Below are positions 20,785 to 30,250 of a stretch of DNA of 64,000 nt, one piece after another. The stretch is taken from IMG/VR virus record IMGVR_UViG_3300028886_000029, positions 238,007 through 302,006 of that record, one strand, 5' to 3'. Position 1 is the stretch's first letter; each line of letters starts with the position of its first letter. Both the position numbers and the translations under genes were made by a program. The notes under the pieces are model-generated. The model worked only from the letters and a program-made list of their open reading frames with translations, was not told the origin of the DNA and made no database searches. The DNA comes from a virus (taxonomy: Duplodnaviria > Heunggongvirae > Uroviricota > Caudoviricetes).

Positions 20785-21597
20785 TTAGTACCTCCACCCC
20801 TGTTTTTTAATTTTATCTTGTTTAACTTTTATTATAACTCTTCCGATTTTCCTCAATAACGCATCAATTGATTTGCGGACTTTTGTTTTAGAAATTTTGT
20901 ATTTGGTGAACTCGTTCAACATTTCTTGATTATCATCCAACTCATTATAAATTGTTATCATTTCAGAATACAGTTTCCAACATTCTGATTTATAAAGGGA
21001 TTGCATTGAAAAAACACCAGGTGAAGACATTAAAAAAGCATACAAACCGTTAACAAAACCATCTTGTTCTGATTTAATAGTGCCATATATTAGTTTCGCC
21101 ACTTGTTTCACAATTTTGTCGTTTGAATTAATGTTTGTCGCTATTGTCGCATAATATTCCTCATTGGAAAATCTTTTTCCTGCAACGATTTGTTGATAAA
21201 GATGTTCTATTTCATGTTGAATTGTGTCAATGACAACATTTTTAACTACTGTACCTGAAATCATAGGTACATCAACACCCATAAAACAAGTGTTTTTATT
21301 CAAGTAGACACTCCAACCATTTGACTCAAACTTCGAATAATCAAAATACTCTTTGTTAAAAAAATTGTAACAATTAACAGTACAAATAACCTTACAATTT
21401 AAAAAATCAAAAGTTAAACTACCATTATAATAATTAAATAACTCGTTCTTTTCACCTATGCTTTTATTAGTGTTAATGACTGTTTCTAATAAAGAAAAAA
21501 CTTCCAATGTTTTGTTAGATACTTCTTCTGAAATACCTAATTCCTCATTTAGAAGTTTATTAAATTGTTCTTCTGTTATAATAATTTGTTTAGCCAT
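20785..21597 (-). CDS. HExxH zincin-like protein with IITE leader
   Basis: TIQHEIEHLYQ with downstream SEQDGF; leader MAKQIIITEEQFNKLLNEE. Confidence 0.6.
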   Translation of the reverse strand: MAKQIIITEEQFNKLLNEELGISEEVSNKTLEVFSLLETVINTNKSIGEKNELFNYYNGSLTFDFLNCKVICTVNCYNFFNKEYFDYSKFESNGWSVYLNKNTCFMGVDVPMISGTVVKNVVIDTIQHEIEHLYQQIVAGKRFSNEEYYATIATNINSNDKIVKQVAKLIYGTIKSEQDGFVNGLYAFLMSSPGVFSMQSLYKSECWKLYSEMITIYNELDDNQEMLNEFTKYKISKTKVRKSIDALLRKIGRVIIKVKQDKIKKQGWRY

Positions 21598-22945
21598 TTA
21601 AAAAAGAATTAATTAATTCATTTAAACTTGTATATGTATTACTGTTATTGTATATGATATCTATATCAAATATTTTTTTATCATTTGAATAATATAATAG
21701 TTTTACATTGTTATTTTCACATAATTCTTTTTTGGTTATGTCTCTATTAACAACATCTGAATTATTTAAAACATTCCATCCATTATAAAGTGTTTCACTA
21801 TAATGCTGCGAACCTTGACATTCAATTGCAATATTGTAATCTGGTAAATAAAAATCTAAACTTTGTCTCCCTAACCAATCAAATCTTTTTTGGTATTCAT
21901 ATTTAATTTTCACTTCATCTAATTTTTTTGATAATTCTTTTTCTAAATGACTTTCCCTACATTTTTGACAACCACCTTTTGCTAAATGTATTGATGGTTT
22001 CTGTTTAAAAACACCATGCACAGGACAAATAATTTCAACCTCAACATCGTAACCCTGATAATTAACCAAAGAATAGTCATATTTCCATCCATGTATTTCT
22101 CTTGCCTTCCTAATAAATTGTTCTTTCGTTAATCTTTTGTTAAAACCATTTTGTTCGTCAGCACAAGCATCACATCCTTGTCCTCCTAAATGTTTGTTGG
22201 GTGTAATCATAAATTTTCCATGTTTTGGACATGTTAAAACCACTTTTTCTTTGTTACCTTGATAGTCAACTAAAGAATAATCATATTTGTTACCATGTAT
22301 CTCTTTAGCCTCTTTAATAAATTGTTCAGTAGTTTTTTTTCTTGTTTCACCACTTCTTTCATAATAACATTGTTGACAACCATGATTTTGAAGATGGTAC
22401 AAAGGTGTTTGTTTAAATTCACCATGTTTATTACAAATGATTATTATGGGTATTTTGTTACCTTGATAATCTACTTTAGAATAGTCATATTTATCCCCAT
22501 GAACTTCCCTTGCCTCTTCAATAAACTGTTCAGTGGTTTTTTTAAAATTTTTATAACAAAGTGGGCATTTATCACCATATAAATGTCTTGTGGGTTTTTG
22601 TTTAAAATCACCATGTATTGGGCAGGTTATAATTATTTTACCCTGTTCATCTTTGTGTTCTAAATTTGTTTTACTATAGTCATATTTATTACCATGTTTT
22701 AGTTTAGCCTTTGTGATAAACTCATCTGTTGTCATTTTTTTAGTGCCACCGCATTTTTGACACCCATGGTGATTAATAAAATCATTTGCTTTCGTCTGAA
22801 AATCACCATGTATTGGGCAAGTAACAATGATTTTATTATTAATACCAGTATATTCTACTTTGTCTAAAATATACCTGTCACCCCAAACTTTTTTTATTTT
22901 TTCTTTAAATTCTTCAGTTGTATATTTTAATTTTTGTTTACCCAT
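21590..22945 (-). CDS. Homing endonuclease with zinc-finger repeats and Vsr/DUF559-like nuclease
   Basis: Five KYDYS..Y...CP.HG.F.Q....H....C..C-type repeats; SLDFYLPDYNIAIECQGSQH. Confidence 0.8.
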   Translation of the reverse strand: MGKQKLKYTTEEFKEKIKKVWGDRYILDKVEYTGINNKIIVTCPIHGDFQTKANDFINHHGCQKCGGTKKMTTDEFITKAKLKHGNKYDYSKTNLEHKDEQGKIIITCPIHGDFKQKPTRHLYGDKCPLCYKNFKKTTEQFIEEAREVHGDKYDYSKVDYQGNKIPIIIICNKHGEFKQTPLYHLQNHGCQQCYYERSGETRKKTTEQFIKEAKEIHGNKYDYSLVDYQGNKEKVVLTCPKHGKFMITPNKHLGGQGCDACADEQNGFNKRLTKEQFIRKAREIHGWKYDYSLVNYQGYDVEVEIICPVHGVFKQKPSIHLAKGGCQKCRESHLEKELSKKLDEVKIKYEYQKRFDWLGRQSLDFYLPDYNIAIECQGSQHYSETLYNGWNVLNNSDVVNRDITKKELCENNNVKLLYYSNDKKIFDIDIIYNNSNTYTSLNELINSFLNG

Positions 22946-23663
22946 TTAGCCAATTGTTAAATTTACCTAATTTATCAAAAAGATAACTATTTTTTTGACT
23001 ATTGTCAATACTTTCGATAAATTGTTGTGGTATTTCTCCATTAGGAAATAAAAATGCCTGGGAAGTTGAGGGGTCACTAACCAAATCCCACGTTACCAAC
23101 TCAAAATCATCGCCAACATATAAAACACCATTTCTTTGAGTTACAGAACCTAATCCTCTACTTGATACTCCTAATTTATATCCTTCTAAAATAAGATTCG
23201 CAGCCCAATCGCCTTCACTTGATGCAATACCATATTTTCTAAAACCAGGTGTTGTAATAATTTCAAGTTTTCCAACAACAGTATTTTTTTCCCAATGTAA
23301 CTCTACAATGTTGAGTGACATTCTGGAAATATCAACCGTTGAACTTTCAGGATGATTTGTTTCTCCTAGTGCCGATTTTTCTCTAATTTTTGTTTGGAAT
23401 TTTTCTATCTCTCTTTCCAAAATATGTCTTGGATAAATTCTACCATTAGCATTTTCAGTGTCTGCTTTTTGAAATATCGCATCCACAATAAACGGATATG
23501 GGCAATGGAAATCATCTCCATCCCCAATACCCTCATTTAGTTTTTTATATGATTCAAAGAGTGTTTTGTTATTTCCACAATCTTTTGATACGAACCCATC
23601 ATGTTCAATTAACAAACCGGTTCCAATTTCACCTTTTTTAATAATTTCATATATTTTGCCCAT
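22938..23663 (-). CDS. Prohead core protease (T4 gp21-like)
   Basis: NANGRIYP, ALGETNHP, GVSSRGLGS and WDLVSDPS catalytic motifs. Confidence 0.92.
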   Translation of the reverse strand: MGKIYEIIKKGEIGTGLLIEHDGFVSKDCGNNKTLFESYKKLNEGIGDGDDFHCPYPFIVDAIFQKADTENANGRIYPRHILEREIEKFQTKIREKSALGETNHPESSTVDISRMSLNIVELHWEKNTVVGKLEIITTPGFRKYGIASSEGDWAANLILEGYKLGVSSRGLGSVTQRNGVLYVGDDFELVTWDLVSDPSTSQAFLFPNGEIPQQFIESIDNSQKNSYLFDKLGKFNNWLNG

Positions 23664-24618
23664 TTTTTATTTCTTTTAATAATTCTTCTTTATTACTAAA
23701 TACAGTATACGGAAAATTAAAATTTTTAATGTTAGAATAGTAAAATAATTTTATATTATTCTTTTCACATAAATATCTTTTTAATTCGTCATTTTTTATT
23801 CTTCTTCTATATTTCTCATTACCACCAAAATGCTTTATTGGTTTAAAATGTTGTTCACCCTGACATTCTATTGCTATATTATAATCAGGAAGATAAAAAT
23901 CTAACTCAACATTAGTTTTAAATAATTTTCTTTCGTGTAAACTATATTTTATGTTATTCTCTTTTAATAACATACTTATTTCTTTTTCCATTTTTGATGT
24001 TTTACAATAAGGACATTCACGACCGCATAAATGTGAATGTGGTGTTTGCCAAAACTCACCGTGTCTAGGACATATTATACATACTTTAGTATGATTATTA
24101 ACATATTCAACTTTAGAATAATCATATTTATCACTATGAATTTTTCTTGCTTTTTCGATAAAATGTTCTTTGTTAGAACTTGTTTTTCTATTTGCTATTA
24201 TTCTTCCACACATTGGGCAACCACAACCATCTAAATGGTCATTCGGTGTTTGCCAAAACTCACCGTGTCTAGGGCATATTATACATACTTTAGTATAATT
24301 ATTAACATATTCAACTTTAGAATAATCATATTTATCACCATGAATTTTTCTTGCTTTTTCGATAAAACTAATGGTGTTTAATTGTGAACTTTTACCCCTT
24401 TTATCATCATTAAAACATTCAACGCAACCACAACCGTTTAAATGGTCACCAGGCCTTTGCCAAAACTCACCATGTTTAGGACAAATTATACATATTTTAG
24501 TTCTATTATTAATATAATTCACTTTAGAATAATTATATTTGTTACCATGAACTAACCGTGCCTTTTCAACAAATTGTTCTTGTGTTAATTTTTTTGTTGA
24601 ATGTCTCTTTTTATCCAT
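23647..24618 (-). CDS. Homing endonuclease with zinc-finger repeats and Vsr/DUF559-like nuclease
   Basis: Three KYxYSKV...ICP.HGEFWQ repeats; ELDFYLPDYNIAIECQGEQH. Confidence 0.8.
   Translation of the reverse strand: MDKKRHSTKKLTQEQFVEKARLVHGNKYNYSKVNYINNRTKICIICPKHGEFWQRPGDHLNGCGCVECFNDDKRGKSSQLNTISFIEKARKIHGDKYDYSKVEYVNNYTKVCIICPRHGEFWQTPNDHLDGCGCPMCGRIIANRKTSSNKEHFIEKARKIHSDKYDYSKVEYVNNHTKVCIICPRHGEFWQTPHSHLCGRECPYCKTSKMEKEISMLLKENNIKYSLHERKLFKTNVELDFYLPDYNIAIECQGEQHFKPIKHFGGNEKYRRRIKNDELKRYLCEKNNIKLFYYSNIKNFNFPYTVFSNKEELLKEIKNGQNI
24041..24366. repeat. Near-identical internal repeat units in the endonuclease gene
   Basis: About 120-nt segments starting near 24041 and 24246 (ggtgtttgccaaaactcaccgtgtctagg...ttcttgctttttcgataaaa) differ at only a few bases. 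Confidence 0.8.
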
Positions 24619-24622
24619 AACC

Positions 24623-25372
24623 TTAGCAATATTTTTTTAGTTGTAACAAAATATTTTTTACCCTCTCGTCAGAAATAAGGTCATAATTATCCATCATATT
24701 ATAGATAGCCCTAAACGCTCTATCGTCAAACGGATTAATCTCATAATAATATTTAAGGGAGGCCACCATAGTGTCGAACTTGGATTGTTTGAATCCCCAT
24801 TCATTTTCTTCTGGCGCATTAGTCTCATCAAATATATCTGACAATTGCTTAATCAATCCCTCAATATTTTTGCCCCAACTGAATTCCATTCCAATTGAGC
24901 CTTCGGATGGTGTGTCATAATCTCTTTCGTCACTTTCCCTGACCAACCTCTTCATGTTTCTTAAAATAGACTCACCAACCATTTTATATAAATCAGACTC
25001 ATTTATCTTAACGATGTTTTTTGACTCATCAACAAATTTATCATAGTTGTTGACATTAATCTTGTTCTTGGACATCTTGTCTTTTTTGGCGGTCATATGG
25101 AGTTTAGACTTTGCCTTAAAACCGTCACCATATAAATCCCTTTCGGCATCCCTATTACCTTTCCTCATGGCATGTAACTCGTCCTTAGGATAATTGTGTT
25201 TTTTCTGTCCATGGGATTCGGCAAGCAATCCCGCATTTGTCATCATGTTATATATTTGTCTAATATAAGGATATACTTTTTTCACCATACCCCTTAACTC
25301 AGGGTACTCAGTATCCAAACTATCATCAAATCTTAAAGCATCCATTGTGCTTAAAAATTCCTCTACATTCAT
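24623..25372 (-). CDS. Hypothetical protein (probable internal head protein)
   Basis: Internal KINESDLYKMVGESILRN..LVRE motif shared with the leaders of other cargo-like genes. Confidence 0.55.
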   Translation of the reverse strand: MNVEEFLSTMDALRFDDSLDTEYPELRGMVKKVYPYIRQIYNMMTNAGLLAESHGQKKHNYPKDELHAMRKGNRDAERDLYGDGFKAKSKLHMTAKKDKMSKNKINVNNYDKFVDESKNIVKINESDLYKMVGESILRNMKRLVRESDERDYDTPSEGSIGMEFSWGKNIEGLIKQLSDIFDETNAPEENEWGFKQSKFDTMVASLKYYYEINPFDDRAFRAIYNMMDNYDLISDERVKNILLQLKKYC

Positions 25373-25395
25373 GTCCTCTAATATTTTTTACTTTA

Positions 25396-26154
25396 TTAAT
25401 ATAACTCAATCATTCCGTCATCAGACGAAATCCAAGTCCCATCGCTTTCAAGTGCCCTACCAAAAGCCTCATAATCAAAATATCTTTCCAGTGTTTGCTT
25501 GTCAAGATGTTCAACACCACCATAGATATTATCAACAATCGCCTCACCAAGAGCGGTATCATCACCCTCACTCACACCATACTCATCATAAACGGTTTCA
25601 GCATCTGAATCCTCAGAAGGACCGTCAAAAGAACAATCCCTACCAAAAGCCTCATAATCGAAATAATAATCAAGATTCTGTGGCATACCCATATCGTCAA
25701 CAATCTGATAAGCGACATCGGTCATGTCGTCACACCCGTAATAAACATGAATGTCGTCAATAACATTGAAATATTCATCAACATCAGACACATGGTCAGC
25801 CACCGCACATTTAATGTCGTAAGAATAATCACTATCATCATTCATGAAATCCCAGAACCTGCCATCAATACTACTTTCACTTATGAATATTTGTGGGATG
25901 TACTCATAATCCTGAAACATCAGTTCAGGACTTCTTTCATTGGCGTGTAGTTTTTGATAACAATAATTAAGAAACTCCTCTTTGGATGAAAACTGTGTCA
26001 AATCAACCCAACCGCCTTCCAAAGAACCATTGTTATATTTTCCATATGTTCCAACATATATAGCAGGGTGTACATTGTTTTGCTCACTTTCCCTTAAAAT
26101 CCTTTTTATGGATTCGGTAATCATATATTTAAAATCATTATATGTTAGTTTCAT
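25396..26154 (-). CDS. ardA: ArdA-family antirestriction protein with capsid-cargo-like leader
   Basis: IYVGTYGKYNNGSLEGGWVDL, ELMFQDYE and two YFDYEAFGR motifs; highly acidic, as expected for a DNA mimic; extra N-terminal DFKYMITESIKRILRE. Confidence 0.88.
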   Translation of the reverse strand: MKLTYNDFKYMITESIKRILRESEQNNVHPAIYVGTYGKYNNGSLEGGWVDLTQFSSKEEFLNYCYQKLHANERSPELMFQDYEYIPQIFISESSIDGRFWDFMNDDSDYSYDIKCAVADHVSDVDEYFNVIDDIHVYYGCDDMTDVAYQIVDDMGMPQNLDYYFDYEAFGRDCSFDGPSEDSDAETVYDEYGVSEGDDTALGEAIVDNIYGGVEHLDKQTLERYFDYEAFGRALESDGTWISSDDGMIELY

Positions 26155-27323
26155 AACTCTTCAGCAATTATATATTCATCATTTATTATGTTTTTGTCTG
26201 TTTGTAATGTAGTCATTTTTTCCGAAAAATCAACATATTCTTTGTCTTGTCTTGCCTTGGCGACAATTTTGTTCATCATCTCTTTCCCTTTTCTGGTTTT
26301 AGCGAACACTTCAGACATTAGTTTATTGAAGTTTTTCGTGGACAACATTGATATTCTCTTATATAAATATGGTATTAAATTGGATTCAAGCGCGCCAAAA
26401 CAATCTGTTATTATTGTCCATAAGGAAGGTCCTATTCTCATATCCCATGGTTCAGACTTAAGGTAGTCTGTCTTACTGATTATGTAATTTAACTTGTCTT
26501 TGTCATGTGGCAAACCATGTGATGAGAACAACTCCATGAGTCCCCTGATAGTTTCACTTAACAAAACAGGAAATATGACACCCTCTGATTTGACTATGGG
26601 TTTTTCGTCAGGTTGCCCAAGTCTCACCTCTGAAAAGCCAAGCAATTTCTTATCTGTGTCAGTTATGCCGACATCTTCTCTGACAAAAAGCAAATAATCG
26701 TTTAACGCCAATATTTTTCTATATAAATCAGGTAATCTTGGGTCAACATCATAAATCTCTGACAGGTAAGATTTGATATATGAGGAAACACACATGCCCA
26801 TACCCATTGAAATGCAATTAAGAAGTCTTTTTTTAGACACCTCATTTTTTAGTTCCTCTATATCATTAATATTATCAAACTCAATATCAATGTCATTTGG
26901 TTCAATGCTTATGTTGTTGTCTGACAAATCAGTTGTGAGATTTATTTCAAAAGAAATACTATCCTCAGGTATTCCAAAAAAGTCAACAACATAATTAAAG
27001 CAAATTTTCTCCAATTCGTTTTTGTTTTTTTGTTCAATCTCCTGTGCTTTGGTTAACAACTTGGACAACACGGACTCAATCTTATCGTCATCAAAGTCGT
27101 CTATTTTACCTATTTTTTTTAGGTTTTCCTTTGTTTCCAAAAACCTCTTTTTCACAATTCTCTCCAAAAAATTATCATCAAAAATTGTCGGTATCGCTGG
27201 ATTGTTTTTTAACGATGTACCGTTTTTAAAAATAACATTGACTATATCCTCAGGTAAATTATCTAACAAGATATTTTCCTTAAGAATACCATACATGCTT
27301 TCTGTTATAAAAATTGTTTTCAT
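26151..27323 (-). CDS. Conserved hypothetical with IFITE leader
   Basis: 390-aa ORF starting MKTIFITESMY; late motif at 27344-27352. Confidence 0.6.
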   Translation of the reverse strand: MKTIFITESMYGILKENILLDNLPEDIVNVIFKNGTSLKNNPAIPTIFDDNFLERIVKKRFLETKENLKKIGKIDDFDDDKIESVLSKLLTKAQEIEQKNKNELEKICFNYVVDFFGIPEDSISFEINLTTDLSDNNISIEPNDIDIEFDNINDIEELKNEVSKKRLLNCISMGMGMCVSSYIKSYLSEIYDVDPRLPDLYRKILALNDYLLFVREDVGITDTDKKLLGFSEVRLGQPDEKPIVKSEGVIFPVLLSETIRGLMELFSSHGLPHDKDKLNYIISKTDYLKSEPWDMRIGPSLWTIITDCFGALESNLIPYLYKRISMLSTKNFNKLMSEVFAKTRKGKEMMNKIVAKARQDKEYVDFSEKMTTLQTDKNIINDEYIIAEEL

Positions 27324-27383
27324 ATAATACGATTTATCACATAATAAATAGTCTTTTTTTTGGAAAAAAATAGTATTTTACTT

Positions 27384-27412
27384 AGTCATATACTATTAAA
27401 TAGTATATGAAT
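27384..27412. repeat. Conserved 29-bp palindrome, copy 1 (no LRR gene follows)
   Basis: agtcatatactatt-a-aatagtatatgaat; 22-nt identity with copy 2 (ttttacttagtcatatactatt) including the left flank. Confidence 0.85.
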
Positions 27413-27440
27413 GGCATTTGCTGATGTATGAGGAATAAAG

Positions 27441-27470
27441 AAAGAGAGGTGGTTAACCACCTCTCTTTTT
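27441..27470. terminator. Bidirectional terminator
   Basis: aaagagaggtggtt-aaccacctctcttttt. Confidence 0.8.
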
Positions 27471-27474
27471 ATTT

Positions 27475-27714
27475 TTAAAACCATCCGCAATCTGTAACCT
27501 GATATTTTTTAGTCCATTTACCATTGGTGAACACCCAATCACTTGTCTCACCAACATCATCAGTTAAGACTGTTACGGTTTGTCCGTCATATGCTTTAAG
27601 GGGACTTGGCAATTCAGCAAGTGTTTTGACAGGTGCTTGTTTTGCGTCAAGGGGTCCTTCTCCGTTGTATTGAAATTGATTTGAATATTTTTGTGTGTCA
27701 CTTGCCTTCGCCAT
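27475..27714 (-). CDS. Small hypothetical, possibly tail-fibre associated
   Basis: 79-aa ORF; PLDAK...TLAEL...AYDGQTVTV pattern resembles fibre N-terminal segments. Confidence 0.45.
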   Translation of the reverse strand: MAKASDTQKYSNQFQYNGEGPLDAKQAPVKTLAELPSPLKAYDGQTVTVLTDDVGETSDWVFTNGKWTKKYQVTDCGWF

Positions 27715-27715
27715 A

Positions 27716-28507
27716 TTACTTCAATATCTTTAATTTATGAATTATTTCCACATTTTTCTCAGTAGGGTAATCAATGTTCACATGGTCTATATCATGTGAT
27801 TTGAAAAGTTTAAATTCACTGAAAATATGATTATCAACCATGACAAAATTACTTGTGACATCTGATGTACCCTCTTCCCAAATCACGAATTTCTTACTTG
27901 TCCCATATGCGTTAGGTACGGCAAGGTAATAATCATTATTAACTAATTCCCTATATGTTTGCTCATTGATTTGTCCGGTAGTGTATTGGTTCCATTCTTC
28001 CTCTGTTGGGTCACCAAGTGTGTAATTAATATAACCATCAGTGTTAATTGTAACCGCATTCATAATAAAATCATTTATTGTGAGGTCATCAACACTTGTC
28101 TTGTTATTGACGCTGCAATAATAGAAAGGTACTTGGTCGTATACAGTACCGCTGATGATACCGCCAATGGTAATCGCCGCACCACTGATTGCCTCAACAA
28201 TTTCGTCAGTTGACTCATCAACATTATCATTGATTGCGGTTGTGGAGCCACTGATTGCGTCAACGATTTTATCTGAAGCGTCCGCAATAGCCTGTTTAAT
28301 ATCCTCTTGTTGTTTATCGGAACCATCAGCACCACTTTTAACAGCCTCAATAAGAGGGTTTTTCATATATTCCTCAGGTGACATGTCACACAAGTCAAGT
28401 ACTTGTGCGCCCCATTGCCATCTTTCCTCAATCCTGTTATCTTGTTCCCAAATGGTATGATTATCCAAATCAATAGCCTGTTCTCTTGGGTCGCCTAAAT
28501 ATGCCAT
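27716..28507 (-). CDS. Hypothetical late protein
   Basis: 263-aa ORF with AISG repeats; late motif at 28548-28556. Confidence 0.55.
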   Translation of the reverse strand: MAYLGDPREQAIDLDNHTIWEQDNRIEERWQWGAQVLDLCDMSPEEYMKNPLIEAVKSGADGSDKQQEDIKQAIADASDKIVDAISGSTTAINDNVDESTDEIVEAISGAAITIGGIISGTVYDQVPFYYCSVNNKTSVDDLTINDFIMNAVTINTDGYINYTLGDPTEEEWNQYTTGQINEQTYRELVNNDYYLAVPNAYGTSKKFVIWEEGTSDVTSNFVMVDNHIFSEFKLFKSHDIDHVNIDYPTEKNVEIIHKLKILK

Positions 28508-28575
28508 ATTATTATTAAGATTTTACTTTATTATGCATTTTTCCACTATAAATAGTACTTAAATAAATAAAATCC

Positions 28576-29376
28576 TTATTTTTTAATTATTAATTTCTTA
28601 TCAAATGTTTTTTCCCATATTTTTGTGGTATAGTCAATTATGTATCTATCTTTCTCTTCTGATATTTTTGAATTCACAATTGTCGGTTTCTCTATTCCGT
28701 ACCTATTAATATTAACATAAGCCAGAGCGCAGACAAGAGCATCACACGCGTCATAGTTTTCTTTTTTCAACTCATGGTTTGAGTCGTAATCCCAAGGAAC
28801 AGCGTTATCACCTGTATATAAACTATCAACCATGTTCATCATTACACTTTTTTTATCAACATCGAACTGATATGACCCAAAAAGCACAAGACTGTCATCA
28901 ATTATTGATTTTTTAACATACTGTAAATCATGTTCTTCTCCCTTTTTTGTATATTTCCTCAAACTGTTAAGTTCAGGGAAAGAATAGCTTCTTGCGTCAT
29001 AAGATGATATAAAACTTGGTACAATACCCAACGTGTTATATACGGCATCCGCAATCATTCCGTTAAATCTAAGGAGTGTGGCAACAGTATTAAGATTGTT
29101 AGAAGATAACAAAGGTTCCTCGATAACCACATCTGTTATTTTTTTGTCTGTATATTCAATTATGTTTTTAAGAAACCCCTCGTTAAACCCAAATTTTCTT
29201 AAACACAAAGCCTCAATACCATTAATCTTTTTTGGTATTCGCGGTTGTTTATGTGTTATGGCTATGATTGTTGGTGTCTCATAATCACCATTGTCCTCAA
29301 TAATACTAATTCCAATACAGTGTGTGCTTACATCAAGACCCAACACAACTCTGGGATAATCAATAATATCACTCAT
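28576..29376 (-). CDS. RuvC-like Holliday junction resolvase
   Basis: VLGLDVST, VVIEEPL and YDACDA acidic motifs of the RNase H fold. Confidence 0.75.
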   Translation of the reverse strand: MSDIIDYPRVVLGLDVSTHCIGISIIEDNGDYETPTIIAITHKQPRIPKKINGIEALCLRKFGFNEGFLKNIIEYTDKKITDVVIEEPLLSSNNLNTVATLLRFNGMIADAVYNTLGIVPSFISSYDARSYSFPELNSLRKYTKKGEEHDLQYVKKSIIDDSLVLFGSYQFDVDKKSVMMNMVDSLYTGDNAVPWDYDSNHELKKENYDACDALVCALAYVNINRYGIEKPTIVNSKISEEKDRYIIDYTTKIWEKTFDKKLIIKK

Positions 29377-29427
29377 TATAGTCTTTTTTAAAAAAGATGT
29401 AAAAAACACGAATAAATGTAAATAAAA

Positions 29428-29459
29428 TTTGGTTTTTTTTATATTTTTTTATATTTTTG
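29428..29459 (+). promoter_or_regulatory. Bacteroidota-type promoter
   Basis: TTTG at 29428-31, 20-nt spacer, TATTTTTG at 29452-59. Confidence 0.6.
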
Positions 29460-29470
29460 AGAAAAAAAGT

Positions 29471-29965
29471 ATGGGTGAAAAACATAGCATATTAATATCA
29501 GATAGTCTTTACCAGGACATCAAGGAATATTGTCAATTAAATAACATAAAAACCAATGAATTTATTAACAATATGCTTAGAGAAGGATTTATGATAGAAA
29601 AATATGGAACTTCACCGTTTGATAATTTCAGAAAAAAAATAGAGGACAATACAGTTGAGATAAAAAGTGTTAGTGTTCCAGACACAAATAATCAAATACC
29701 AAAAGACCTTGTACCTGAAATTGAAATGGAAGTGCCAACGGGTCAACCAATTTATACAGAAAAAATTGACCCAACAACACTAACACATGTTTATGAAGTT
29801 GACCCAACAATACTAACACATGTTCATGAAACTGAAGTAAAAGAACAACAAGAAGTAGCCGACAAACTGTCCGAAAAGCAAAACAAAACAACAGAAACGC
29901 CAAAAATAGAACAAACCGAAAATCACAATAAATCAGAAAAACCAAATAAAAGAAGATTGAAATAA
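29471..29965 (+). CDS. Hypothetical protein (possible ribbon-helix-helix N-terminus)
   Basis: SILISDSLYQDIKEYCQLNNIKTNEFINNML followed by a low-complexity tail. Confidence 0.5.
   Translation: MGEKHSILISDSLYQDIKEYCQLNNIKTNEFINNMLREGFMIEKYGTSPFDNFRKKIEDNTVEIKSVSVPDTNNQIPKDLVPEIEMEVPTGQPIYTEKIDPTTLTHVYEVDPTILTHVHETEVKEQQEVADKLSEKQNKTTETPKIEQTENHNKSEKPNKRRLK
29766..29831 (+). repeat. 33-bp in-frame tandem duplication
   Basis: ttgacccaacaacactaacacatgtttatgaag / ttgacccaacaatactaacacatgttcatgaaa. Confidence 0.85.
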
Positions 29966-29966
29966 T

Positions 29967-30242
29967 ATGTCAGCAGCTTTAGTACCAATATTAGAAAGTT
30001 TAAGTCGGCAACATACCGATGCCATGTATAGTGCCATGAGATGGAGATGGTACCCCCCTTCAAATGAAGAAACAAAGGACAAACATTTAGAAAATCAAAA
30101 TAAAATAGAGTGGAAATCCCTCACAGAAGGTCAAAAGATAATGTATCTTGAAACCAATAAAATTTGGACAGAAGTCCAAAAAAGAACCGTAAACAACATT
30201 AAAGTACGGTGGAAAAATATTAGCGAAAACCAAAACAAATAG
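29967..30242 (+). CDS. Hypothetical protein
   Basis: 91-aa ORF tightly packed in the operon. Confidence 0.5.
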   Translation: MSAALVPILESLSRQHTDAMYSAMRWRWYPPSNEETKDKHLENQNKIEWKSLTEGQKIMYLETNKIWTEVQKRTVNNIKVRWKNISENQNK

Positions 30243-30250
30243 AAAAGAAT

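Noticed and set aside
10656-24618. Introns or inteins in terminase, capsid or protease
   Set aside because: Each is one continuous ORF with its motifs in order and no intein C/S...HN signature. The endonucleases lie between genes.
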